A stretch of DNA of 64,000 nt, taken from positions 192,001 to 256,000 of the forward strand of contig CAWBMP010000004.1 in the NCBI GenBank assembly GCA_963790025.1, written 5' to 3'. The translations under genes were made by a program, and so were the position numbers. The DNA comes from Nitrospirota bacterium. Its GTDB lineage: Bacteria; Nitrospirota; Thermodesulfovibrionia; Thermodesulfovibrionales; Dissulfurispiraceae. The notes beneath the pieces are model-generated. The model was not told where the DNA came from and did not search any database. It worked only from the letters and a program-made list of their open reading frames with translations. This document shows, in pieces, positions 10,340 to 18,444 of this stretch. The stretch's first letter is position 1. The number at the start of each line of letters is the position of its first letter.

Positions 10340-11515
10340 TTAGAGGTACACGATATCGTCCGCCAGATTTGTCAGTTTTTGGCATCCTTTGTCCGTTATT
10401 GCCAGGGTGTTCTCTATGCCTACAGCCCCCTTGCCGGGGAACAGGAATTTAGGTTCAACGGCAATTGTCTGCCCTGCCTGAATAAGGGCCTTGAACTTCG
10501 GCGCAAGGACAGGCAGTTCATCCAGTTCGAGCCCGACCCCGTGCCCTACGAACTTTGCCAGTTCGCCGGGATGGCCCATAAAATGTTCTCCTAGCCCTGC
10601 ATCAGCCGCCATCTTTGCTGCACGATGGAATAGATCTTCGCAAATATTTCCGGGCGTGAGTTTCTCTTTTACCAATTCCTGTATGTCAAGAGAGATACCA
10701 AAAGCCCGTTCAAGCTCGGGGATGAGGCCGCCAAAACAGAAAATACGAGTCATATCAGCAATATACCCATTGTAAAATCCCCCATAGTCTACAACGATAG
10801 GGACCCCTTTTCGAATGACGTCTGTTGAAGGTCCGTAGGGCGCCGCGGTCCATTGCCCTTTGCCGGAAACAGGACCGTCAAAACAGCCGGCTACTGCAGC
10901 GTTCACGCCCGAAGACGCAATCCCTGTTATCTCCTGGTTGAAGCCGCGAATACGGAGATATCCACCAATGCCGGCTTTTCGCAGGCAATATTCAAATTCT
11001 GCGGCAAGGTCAAGCTCCCGCATCCCGGGAATAAGAAAGTCAGGTATCTTGTTGAATGCTCCGGCGAGCATACTGCCGCTCATCCGCATCTGCTCAAGTT
11101 CCCAGGCCGATTTCACTGACCTCAATTCCCGGTTGATTCCAGAGATATCCACAAACTCATAATCCCGAAGAATATTACGGAAAAAGTTAAAATGTTGCAA
11201 AGGGAGCACATCAAAGGTGAGGCCGATCTTTCTTATGCCCTTCCCGAGAATATCAGGCAGGTCCTTGCTTGAAGGGAACGGCCGAACGTCTTCCACATTG
11301 CTCTCCCCTATGCTGCGGATGAAGCTCTTTCTCACAAGCAGGGCAGGAACGCCGTCTATCGGTATCCATAAAACGGCATTCTGCCTGGAACCACTGAAAT
11401 AGAAGACGTCGACTGCATAATTGAAGAGGGCCCCGTCAAGCCCTTCGGCTGAAAGCCTTTTCTTGAGGTTCTCTATCCTCTGACTTATCTCTTCTTTCGG
11501 AGTTGTCGTATTCAT
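10340..11515 (-). CDS. Xaa-Pro peptidase family (M24) protein
   Basis: RSVKS, GYIADMTR, GHGVGLELDE, AVEP, GIEN. Confidence 0.9.
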   Translation of the reverse strand: MNTTTPKEEISQRIENLKKRLSAEGLDGALFNYAVDVFYFSGSRQNAVLWIPIDGVPALLVRKSFIRSIGESNVEDVRPFPSSKDLPDILGKGIRKIGLTFDVLPLQHFNFFRNILRDYEFVDISGINRELRSVKSAWELEQMRMSGSMLAGAFNKIPDFLIPGMRELDLAAEFEYCLRKAGIGGYLRIRGFNQEITGIASSGVNAAVAGCFDGPVSGKGQWTAAPYGPSTDVIRKGVPIVVDYGGFYNGYIADMTRIFCFGGLIPELERAFGISLDIQELVKEKLTPGNICEDLFHRAAKMAADAGLGEHFMGHPGELAKFVGHGVGLELDELPVLAPKFKALIQAGQTIAVEPKFLFPGKGAVGIENTLAITDKGCQKLTNLADDIVYL

Positions 11516-13197
11516 TGAAGCGGCGGTCTCCTGCGAAGTGCCTGATCGAGCTGGTCGTCCCTTTCGTATATGTCATTCCTGAACTGAAGAATACCCTCCT
11601 CATCAACCCAGGCTGTAAGATAAAGAAAATGTACATTTATCGGGTGAGAAATCAGGACGGTTTTCTCTGTAACATTCTGTAAAGCAGCCAATAATTTTTC
11701 CTGAGTCCACCGGGGATCGTCCCGCAACAGATACTCTGCCAGCTCGATAGGTTTTTCAATCCGGGTGCAACCGTGACTGAATGTACGTACATTCGCCGAA
11801 AACAGCTGTTTGGCCGGAGTGTCGTGGAGGTAAACATCGAATTGATTGGGAAACATAAATTTAATACGGCCAAGGGGGTTCAGTAGGCCGGGCTCCTGGC
11901 GGAACCTGTATATCAGATTTGTTTCGGTGATCTTCGGCCAGTTTACTGTCCCCGGGGATATTACATCTTCGCGGTGTCCCCAGCCCCTTAACACCTTGAT
12001 CTTTTGCTCAATAAGATAACTGGGATCGTGTTTGATCTTTTTCAGTATCTCTTTCCGTGCTATGCTGTCCGGAATGTTCCACGCAGGATTTAAAATGAGG
12101 GAAGTCATCTTTGCACTAAAAATTGGGGTGCGCTGGTAACGCTTCCCAACCACTACTTTCATGGAGAGAATTGACTTTCCGTTTTCGATGACATCAAGTT
12201 GAAAATTCGCGATATTGACAAAGATCAACCGCTGGTCCGCATTTCCCTGTATCCAGCGCAGTCTTTCCATATTCAATTCCATTTGTCGTATCCGTTGCTT
12301 TAACGGAACGTTGAGTGCATCGAGAGTAACGGGTCCTACAGCACCGTCGGGGTCAAGCCCGTGGCGTTTCTGGAATAAGATTACCGACTGCTGGAGTTTC
12401 TCATCAAACCGGTCGCTTCCGTTCGTCTCACTAGTCTCCGAATCACCTGAAGCGGCAAGCCTTTTTCTCAGTTCAACAACCCTGTCCGACATGGAACCCT
12501 TTTTCAGGACCGGACCATTTGAAACAAGCGGCCACGGACCCTTTGTTGAAAGTTCCCTGTACAGCGCGAGGGCCTTTTTGAGCCTGTTATACGAGCCACG
12601 CGTCGGGCGGAGCCTAATCAGGGCCTCTCTTATCTGCTTTTTTGCAAGTGCCTGGGCCAGGACAGAGGCAACATCCACATTTGCACGTTTTGCAAACCAT
12701 TCCGTTTCAATAGTCACAGGATCCACGCAACCGCCCGACAGGTGACAACCGAGAGAGAGAAATGTATCCGTGAGGAGTATATCAAGATCGCCCAGTAATG
12801 CCGGGTCGGCAAATAACGCGCTCTCTGCCTTAGCGACAAGAGATTTAATGGCTGAAAGATGATAATAATCAGGAGTGAGACCATCACCGTAGGCTTCCTC
12901 CACGGCCTTAATGAGTGTATCTACCTGCATCAGATAACCATTTTGGCTCCATGCAGGCTCGTAGTTTCTTGTCTTATAGAAGCTTTGGATTAGAACGGCA
13001 GCGTATATTTGCTCGCCCTCGATTACTATTTTTGAGGGGGCCTTCCAGTTGGTCACCCTATTTTTTATCAGCAGTCCGAGTTCTTGATCCGGTACCTGCA
13101 CATTCGAATCGCTTGCCGACAAAACATTGTGAGGGCGAAAAAAAACAACTATTAGAAGTAGAACAATAATTCCCTTACCTATCCGTAAAGTTTGCAT
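11512..13197 (-). CDS. L,D-transpeptidase, YcbB/LdtD type, with peptidoglycan-binding domain
   Basis: Signal peptide; FQKRHGLDPDG; YLHDTP...SHGC catalytic motif. Confidence 0.92.
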   Translation of the reverse strand: MQTLRIGKGIIVLLLIVVFFRPHNVLSASDSNVQVPDQELGLLIKNRVTNWKAPSKIVIEGEQIYAAVLIQSFYKTRNYEPAWSQNGYLMQVDTLIKAVEEAYGDGLTPDYYHLSAIKSLVAKAESALFADPALLGDLDILLTDTFLSLGCHLSGGCVDPVTIETEWFAKRANVDVASVLAQALAKKQIREALIRLRPTRGSYNRLKKALALYRELSTKGPWPLVSNGPVLKKGSMSDRVVELRKRLAASGDSETSETNGSDRFDEKLQQSVILFQKRHGLDPDGAVGPVTLDALNVPLKQRIRQMELNMERLRWIQGNADQRLIFVNIANFQLDVIENGKSILSMKVVVGKRYQRTPIFSAKMTSLILNPAWNIPDSIARKEILKKIKHDPSYLIEQKIKVLRGWGHREDVISPGTVNWPKITETNLIYRFRQEPGLLNPLGRIKFMFPNQFDVYLHDTPAKQLFSANVRTFSHGCTRIEKPIELAEYLLRDDPRWTQEKLLAALQNVTEKTVLISHPINVHFLYLTAWVDEEGILQFRNDIYERDDQLDQALRRRPPLQ

Positions 13198-13230
13198 CCT
13201 TTATTCTACCAAATCCGGGATTTATTACAA

Positions 13231-13284
13231 AAATAGGGACAGCGACCATTTTTGATATTACAAAAAAGGTCGCTGTCCCTATTT
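13231..13284. terminator. 17-bp-stem inverted repeat (terminator or REP-like)
   Basis: AAATAGGGACAGCGACC ... GGTCGCTGTCCCTATTT, perfect arms with A/T tails, downstream of the 13337-13513 gene. Confidence 0.65.
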
Positions 13285-13336
13285 ATTTTCTTCTATTTCT
13301 TTGTTTACCTGTTGGCCGAAATCACATTTGTACAGC

Positions 13337-13513
13337 TCACTTCTGAGGAGCCTGCGCCGCAGCCTGTTGTGCTGCTTTCGCAGCGTCGCTAACCTGCACA
13401 GTGTCATCAGGGGGCGGCATCGGTTTAGATTCTGTTTCCTTTGGTTTCGCTGGTGCTGGTGCGGGTGGGGCCGCCTGCTGGACTTGAGTTGGACTTGATA
13501 CATTAGTAACCAT
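13337..13513 (-). CDS. Small Pro/Ala/Gln-rich protein with FlgM-like D-x-V-x-V-S-D-A-A-K motif
   Basis: GGAGG RBS before ATG 13513; 58 aa; sigma28-like promoter upstream. Confidence 0.7.
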   Translation of the reverse strand: MVTNVSSPTQVQQAAPPAPAPAKPKETESKPMPPPDDTVQVSDAAKAAQQAAAQAPQK

Positions 13514-13554
13514 ATTGGACCTCCGTAGTTTGGCGTAATAATCCTTAATATTAT

Positions 13555-13581
13555 TTATCGGAAGAATGATCAAAAACTTGA
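13555..13581 (-). promoter_or_regulatory. Putative sigma28 (FliA) promoter
   Basis: TCAA-N15-TCCGATAA versus consensus TAAA-N15-GCCGATAA. Confidence 0.6.
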
Positions 13582-13716
13582 GGGGAAGCCCTAACCTCTT
13601 GTTTTGCCATCTTATAATCATCCAGGACTTTTCCATTCGCTCCTCAAAAGTGCTGTTGAAGTCTTAACGTATATTTTCCGAGCTATTCAAAATCTGTTCA
13701 TGCTGATATTGAATGA

Positions 13717-13751
13717 AAAGAAAGAATAGGCACGAGGGGTTTCGAACCCCT
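13717..13751 (-). repeat. att site: 35-bp duplicate of the tRNA-Val 3' end plus 10 bp of flank
   Basis: Identical to 18281-18315 (AAAGAAAGAATAGGCACGAGGGGTTTCGAACCCCT). Confidence 0.93.
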
Positions 13752-13828
13752 TTGATAGCTCCGCAAATCAAATATTGCAATCATATTTATAATATCGTAC
13801 TATTGTAATATGATAACGGAGGATCGGA

Positions 13829-13993
13829 ATGGTTAAAGCGAAGGACGACGTTAAGAGAGAAAGTTACTCAGTGAGATTGAATCCTGATTTGATACAAAAG
13901 GTAAAGCACATCGCGGTCGATGAAAAGAAAACCGTAAGCCGGGTAATTGAAGAAGGGATAGCCTTACTTCTCAAAAGTAAAAAGGCAGAATAA
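13829..13993 (+). CDS. Ribbon-helix-helix DNA-binding protein (54 aa, below the ORF-track cutoff)
   Basis: GGAGG RBS; MVKAKDDVKRESYSVRLNPDLIQKVKHIAVDEKKTVSRVIEEGIALLLKSKKAE. Confidence 0.8.
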   Translation: MVKAKDDVKRESYSVRLNPDLIQKVKHIAVDEKKTVSRVIEEGIALLLKSKKAE

Positions 13994-14010
13994 GCTCGGA
14001 GGTTGGCCTT

Positions 14011-14340
14011 ATGGGGATGGAAGCAGGCGGCTGGATTGAAAAAAGAATTAATCCCAGGATACCTGCATCAGGTGAAGTATTGTTCAGGGCACATTGGATA
14101 TCCGACTTTTACGGAAGCAATCTCTCTTTAAGCACATACTTACATGCCGACCTGATAGACACGAGCATCGATGGTATGCGCATAAAGACATCTTTCCCCC
14201 TAAACAAAAAAGACGTGTTGGAACGCGTCTCGCAATATACCGATTCTCTTAGACAGACAGAACTGGTGAAATGGGTGGAAAAAATAGATGATTGCTATTG
14301 CGCAGGCCTCCAGTCTGTGCGTGAATTGAGCAAGCTGTGA
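14011..14340 (+). CDS. PilZ-domain protein
   Basis: RxxxR (RINPR) and DxSxxG (DTSIDG) motifs; stop codon lies inside the MITE end. Confidence 0.7.
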   Translation: MGMEAGGWIEKRINPRIPASGEVLFRAHWISDFYGSNLSLSTYLHADLIDTSIDGMRIKTSFPLNKKDVLERVSQYTDSLRQTELVKWVEKIDDCYCAGLQSVRELSKL

Positions 14341-14498
14341 ATCGGCATCGAATATTGACCCGGCATCGGCGTCGAATTGTGACCCGCATATCGTAAATAT
14401 AACAGCCAGAATAACAAGCAGTTAATGGATATAGAAGCGGGTCAAGTTTGAATGCCGATATAGCTTAAAAGTGGGTCAAATGGCTGTGCCAATTCACA
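14336..14498. mobile_element. 163-bp MITE with IS21-type ends, copy 1
   Basis: TGTGAATCGGCA...TGCCAATTCACA termini; internal TGACCC/GGGTCA repeats; 3 mismatches to 16999-17161. Confidence 0.8.
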
Positions 14499-14753
14499 AA
14501 AAAGGCCATAAAGGCAGTAGAGGAAGTGACAGGCGTACTTTGGGATGAGATAAGCTCCCGAAGCAGGAGCAAGGAAGTAATATTTGCGCGAGGATTATTA
14601 GTTGGGGTATGGAGAGAGGCGGGGCATCGGATAGTGAACTTACAGCCCCAACTGAGGAGGGACTTATCAGTGCTTTCAAGATTGTCAAAAATCGCAGAGA
14701 GTGAAAGAGGACGAAAAGCCATGAAACAAATATTTCACATGCTAAATGCATGA
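14499..14753 (+). pseudogene. C-terminal fragment of a REP-associated tyrosine transposase (RAYT-like, DnaA-C-like HTH tail)
   Basis: EISSRSRSKEVIFARGL...RRDLSVLSR tail; begins abruptly at the MITE end; followed by GCAAGCCTGA(CCCC) motif. Confidence 0.55.
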
Positions 14754-14797
14754 ACGCAAGCCTGAACATCCCGCTGGAATTTTCAATATATTTTTTC

Positions 14798-15997
14798 TTA
14801 TTTAGATAAGATGTACCCTCTGTTCTCCTTCAGCATCTTGAAAATAACACGGCAAAGATGACGACCAAGCGCACGTAGTGCCTGGTTATGTTTCTTGCCT
14901 TCAGCTCTTTTTTTCTCATAATATTGTTGAGACTGCGGAACTTGTTTTCGGTGCCGATCTACGGCAACCATCATTGCGGCCTTAGCCCGAGTATTAACCT
15001 GCGTTGGTGGTTTTGATCCTTTTTGCTTGCCTGAACTATTGTCAAGATTCGCCATCCCAATATACAGAGCCAGACTTGCTTCGCTGCCAAAGCGCTCGAT
15101 AGTTCCAATCTCTCCGGCGAGTTCAGATGTACAAATGGAACCGAATCCTGGAATGGTTGCGAGCGTTTGCGCAATATCCGAGCCGTGTGCAACACCCTCC
15201 ATCTTTGCTTCAAGTGATTTTATCTTGGCATGGAGTTCCATCACGCGGATTGCATCTTCCTGGATCATTTCACCGACCCACTCGACGTCGTGACTAAACT
15301 GTGCTGTTTTCTGCCATTCAACAATAACAGAGGCATATTTCTTACCAATGCCCGGGATCTTGCGGATAGTTGTTTCCCGCATGCGTGCAAGCGTGCGAAG
15401 GTCATCCGTGCTGGTCAGAAATCCAAGAAACCACATATTGTCGGCCTCACCGGTAATCTCCAGAAGTCCCGGACATACAGCGTGAAGATCGGCCTGTAGG
15501 TTGTTTACTACCCGTACTCGCTCATCGACCAAACGACGCCGGCGCCGTGATAGCCGCTTTAGAATGTCGTTGTCCCGCGGCGTTTTGCGTACCTCCTGCA
15601 GCACATCCTTGGCTATCGGCAGATGATCTCGAAGCTGAAAAAGCTCCAGTCCTTTCCTTGCGTCGATTGCATCGGTCTTCGCGGCACCGGGGAATATCTC
15701 CTTGAATCGAGCAAGCTTGAGATTGTTGATATTGAAGAGGCGATAATTGCGGGCTCGAACGAGCGTGTCCAGCGGACGTGCGTAGCCGTTGAAGCCCTCC
15801 ATTGCTACGGCAACGGGACAACTAAACCTTTGCTCCTGCTTCTCGATGCGACAGAAGAATTGCCGGAACCCTTCAGGTTCATGCACGATTGAGAATTCAT
15901 CGAGGACTTCACCGCTGGATAGGCCGATTGCAACGTTGTGACTGCGGCAGCCAATATCGACGCTTACACGCAGTTCGAGGGGATCATCTTTTTTCAT
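14798..15997 (-). CDS. IS110-family recombinase/transposase
   Basis: DEDD domain (VSVDIG, AMEG, KTDAIDA); TIPGFG; SSG catalytic-serine motif; YYEKKRAEGK. Confidence 0.95.
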   Translation of the reverse strand: MKKDDPLELRVSVDIGCRSHNVAIGLSSGEVLDEFSIVHEPEGFRQFFCRIEKQEQRFSCPVAVAMEGFNGYARPLDTLVRARNYRLFNINNLKLARFKEIFPGAAKTDAIDARKGLELFQLRDHLPIAKDVLQEVRKTPRDNDILKRLSRRRRRLVDERVRVVNNLQADLHAVCPGLLEITGEADNMWFLGFLTSTDDLRTLARMRETTIRKIPGIGKKYASVIVEWQKTAQFSHDVEWVGEMIQEDAIRVMELHAKIKSLEAKMEGVAHGSDIAQTLATIPGFGSICTSELAGEIGTIERFGSEASLALYIGMANLDNSSGKQKGSKPPTQVNTRAKAAMMVAVDRHRKQVPQSQQYYEKKRAEGKKHNQALRALGRHLCRVIFKMLKENRGYILSK

Positions 15998-16020
15998 GTA
16001 GTCTCCTTTGCAGACAAGAT

Positions 16021-16215
16021 TATCATCCTCAGGTCTCGTCTACTTACAGAGCCACATTTGGCACCATCCCGGTCGACCCTTTTGAGGATGATGCAGATGA
16101 CGGAGGCGGCATTTCAGACTCAAGTGAGCCTGAATGAACAGGCCACTGACCCCACAAGCCACACCCCCGTTAAGCATATCTTACATGAATAAAGCTGCCA
16201 TAGTCATCTGCATAA
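16021..16215 (-). ncRNA. Putative IS110 bridge RNA in the left non-coding end
   Basis: Two stem/internal-loop/stem domains whose loops match the target (TGGGGTC, GAGTCTGA) and the donor (CGGGATG, GTAGA); ends approximate. Confidence 0.8.
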
Positions 16216-16315
16216 ATCCTATGGTAGACCCCATTGTTTCCTTATTCTGAACTATTCGGAATTATAGCAGAATGCCATTTGAACAACTACAACAAGTAAT
16301 CTGAAATTATAGTCA

Positions 16316-16597
16316 CTACTTCGTTGCACCATGCAATTCTTCATCTACCTTCTCAGTCAGGAACATTTTCAGGAGCGATTGGTAAGGAACATCTCTCTTG
16401 TTCGCGAGCACCTTAAGATGCTCAATAAGCGATTCAGGCAGACGAATCGAGATTGTCTTAGTAGATGGCTTTAAGTTCGGAAAAGCGACCCGCTTTGCCT
16501 TTGTATAGTCAATGTACTCAGTAGAATCATGAGTCGCCCAAAAATTGACTTCTTCTGCTTCGCTTTTAAACTTCGGTATCTTCTTGAATTTGCTCAT
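16316..16597 (-). CDS. brnA: BrnA/CopG-like antitoxin
   Basis: IPKFKSEAEE..FW.THD; TISIRLP...LK..A....VPYQSL. Confidence 0.85.
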   Translation of the reverse strand: MSKFKKIPKFKSEAEEVNFWATHDSTEYIDYTKAKRVAFPNLKPSTKTISIRLPESLIEHLKVLANKRDVPYQSLLKMFLTEKVDEELHGATK

Positions 16598-16889
16598 ATA
16601 CTCTTCTCTCCCTGCGGTTCATATCACGCGCCGAAATTATTCTTATCTTGGCTCCCCTCACTGTAAAAACAATGAAAAGTAATCTTCCGGTATCCGTTCT
16701 CCCTAAAACAAAGTATCGGTCTTCACCAATTGAATGTGACGCATCTTTCTTTACGATAATCGGATCGTTAAAGAATATCTCTTCGCATTCAACATGAGAG
16801 ACCCGATGTTTCTCCCAATTCTTCTTGATATTGCCCTCGTCCCATTCAAACCCTTCGAGTGAACCCAATATGTCGGACCAATCTTTCAT
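16566..16889 (-). CDS. brnT: BrnT-family ribonuclease toxin
   Basis: FEWDEGN..KN..KH.V; IRIISAR; overlaps the antitoxin gene. Confidence 0.9.
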   Translation of the reverse strand: MKDWSDILGSLEGFEWDEGNIKKNWEKHRVSHVECEEIFFNDPIIVKKDASHSIGEDRYFVLGRTDTGRLLFIVFTVRGAKIRIISARDMNRRERRVYEQIQEDTEV

Positions 16890-16902
16890 ATAGTATATTA
16901 TC

Positions 16903-16931
16903 AATATATACAAATAAGTTTTCCTTGTCAA
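16903..16931 (-). promoter_or_regulatory. sigma70 promoter of the brnTA operon
   Basis: TTGACA-N17-TATATT just upstream of the brnT ATG. Confidence 0.65.
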
Positions 16932-16998
16932 TTCTGTTACTCCTTATTTGCGACACCTGAAGATTTGAATCATAAAATATAGTCATGCAAACCCCGGC

Positions 16999-17161
16999 TG
17001 TGAATCGGCATCGAATATTGACCCGGCATCGGCGTCGAATTGTGACCCGCATATCGTAAATATAACAGCCAGAATAACAAGCAGTTAATGGATATAGAAG
17101 CGGGTCAACTTTGAATGCCGGTATAGCTTAAAAGTGGGTCAAATGGCTGTGCCGATTCACA
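16999..17161. mobile_element. 163-bp MITE with IS21-type ends, copy 2
   Basis: Perfect 12-bp TIR TGTGAATCGGCA/TGCCGATTCACA; same orientation as copy 1. Confidence 0.8.
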
Positions 17162-17317
17162 ATCGGCCACTGTGATCAAACAATTTCTAATCGTAATCTA
17201 CTTTACAACTGTCTATCAATGGAAGCTTACGATATGGTATCTAAGTTAATCCAGGAATGAATCTGAACTGACGCAATAATAATCGTGTATAATAATTTCA
17301 TGCCGAAGGGAAAAAGT

Positions 17318-17809
17318 ATGTACGAAGAACTGCTGACAGTTCTAAACCGCCAGAAGGTTAGATATTTAGTTGTCGGCGGAGTGGCTGTGAATTTGTATGG
17401 GATTGAGAGGATGACGGGCGATTTCGATATTATCATTGAAATGTCTCCGGCTAACTTAGAGAGGTTCTTGGATGCTGCTCAACTGCTTAAGCTAAAGCCC
17501 TCCATCCCGGTTAAGTACAAGGATATCACCCTCGAATCGATAGCTAAGTGGCGTCGGGAGAAGGACATGATCGCACTTCGTTTAATCCATTCCCAAAACC
17601 AGATGCTTATTCTTGACCTTGTGTTCGACGATACGGTTTCGTTTGAGGAGGCCTTCAGCCTACGAGAAACATTTCGTATCGGGCACATCTCGTTTCCTGT
17701 TATGTCTATCAACGACCTTATTAAGATGAAACAGGGAGTGGCAAGAGAACAGGATATCGCGGACGTCTATCATCTGAAACGCCGAAGGGATGTTGATAGT
17801 GACAGGTAA
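17318..17809 (+). CDS. Nucleotidyltransferase-fold protein (AbiEii/DUF6036-like)
   Basis: YLVVGGVAV..YG..R.T.DFD; LIKMK....R..D..D. Confidence 0.75.
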   Translation: MYEELLTVLNRQKVRYLVVGGVAVNLYGIERMTGDFDIIIEMSPANLERFLDAAQLLKLKPSIPVKYKDITLESIAKWRREKDMIALRLIHSQNQMLILDLVFDDTVSFEEAFSLRETFRIGHISFPVMSINDLIKMKQGVAREQDIADVYHLKRRRDVDSDR

Positions 17810-17975
17810 GTTACTTATCTATTACCGTTCAGCAGAGCAAATAGCAAGCTATCAGAAAGTCCCAGTCCGGACAAAATTTCTTATGCTTGAGGAGGCCGCT
17901 AAATTCTTCACAAAAGTTAAGCGAGCGCGGAAACGACAATCCAGTCGAACAATCTCACCATTCCGCAACAAATAA
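17790..17975 (+). CDS. Small basic hypothetical protein, possible partner of the nucleotidyltransferase
   Basis: Overlaps the 3' end of the upstream gene; 61 aa. Confidence 0.45.
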   Translation: MLIVTGKLLIYYRSAEQIASYQKVPVRTKFLMLEEAAKFFTKVKRARKRQSSRTISPFRNK

Positions 17976-18290
17976 AAAATACCCGCGCGTGGACCGAAAG
18001 TCAATTGTGAGCATTTCCGGTTATACTCTATCGCATATGCAGGTCAACCTCTGGTGCGGTGTGCTGTGAGGACTCTGCCCTGAGGAACAATTTCACTTTA
18101 CGCTTTAACCATCGAGCAAGGAATGCAATTGAATTTTAAAATTTACTGACGGTTTTGGAGATGCCCCTTTCAAATGGTCATTCGATGGTAGCATGTTATT
18201 GATAAATCAGGATAATCATAAGTGGAAAAAAGACCCGGAACGGTTACTGCTGAGTGATATAACTCATTAATAAATAAAAGAAAGAAAGAA

Positions 18291-18362
<72 letters not shown>

Positions 18363-18444
18363 GATTGGAAGTCAGGCTTTTAATTTAACTAAAAGAACCA
18401 CATTTTTTCAAGGGCACAGGCTGCAAAAACTCAAACCCAACGCT

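Larger units (their letters stand above)
14766..16228 (-). mobile_element. IS110-family insertion sequence, about 1463 bp
   Basis: Core GA duplicated at 14764-14765 and 16227-16228; removing the element restores GCAAGCCTGACCCCATT. Confidence 0.85.
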
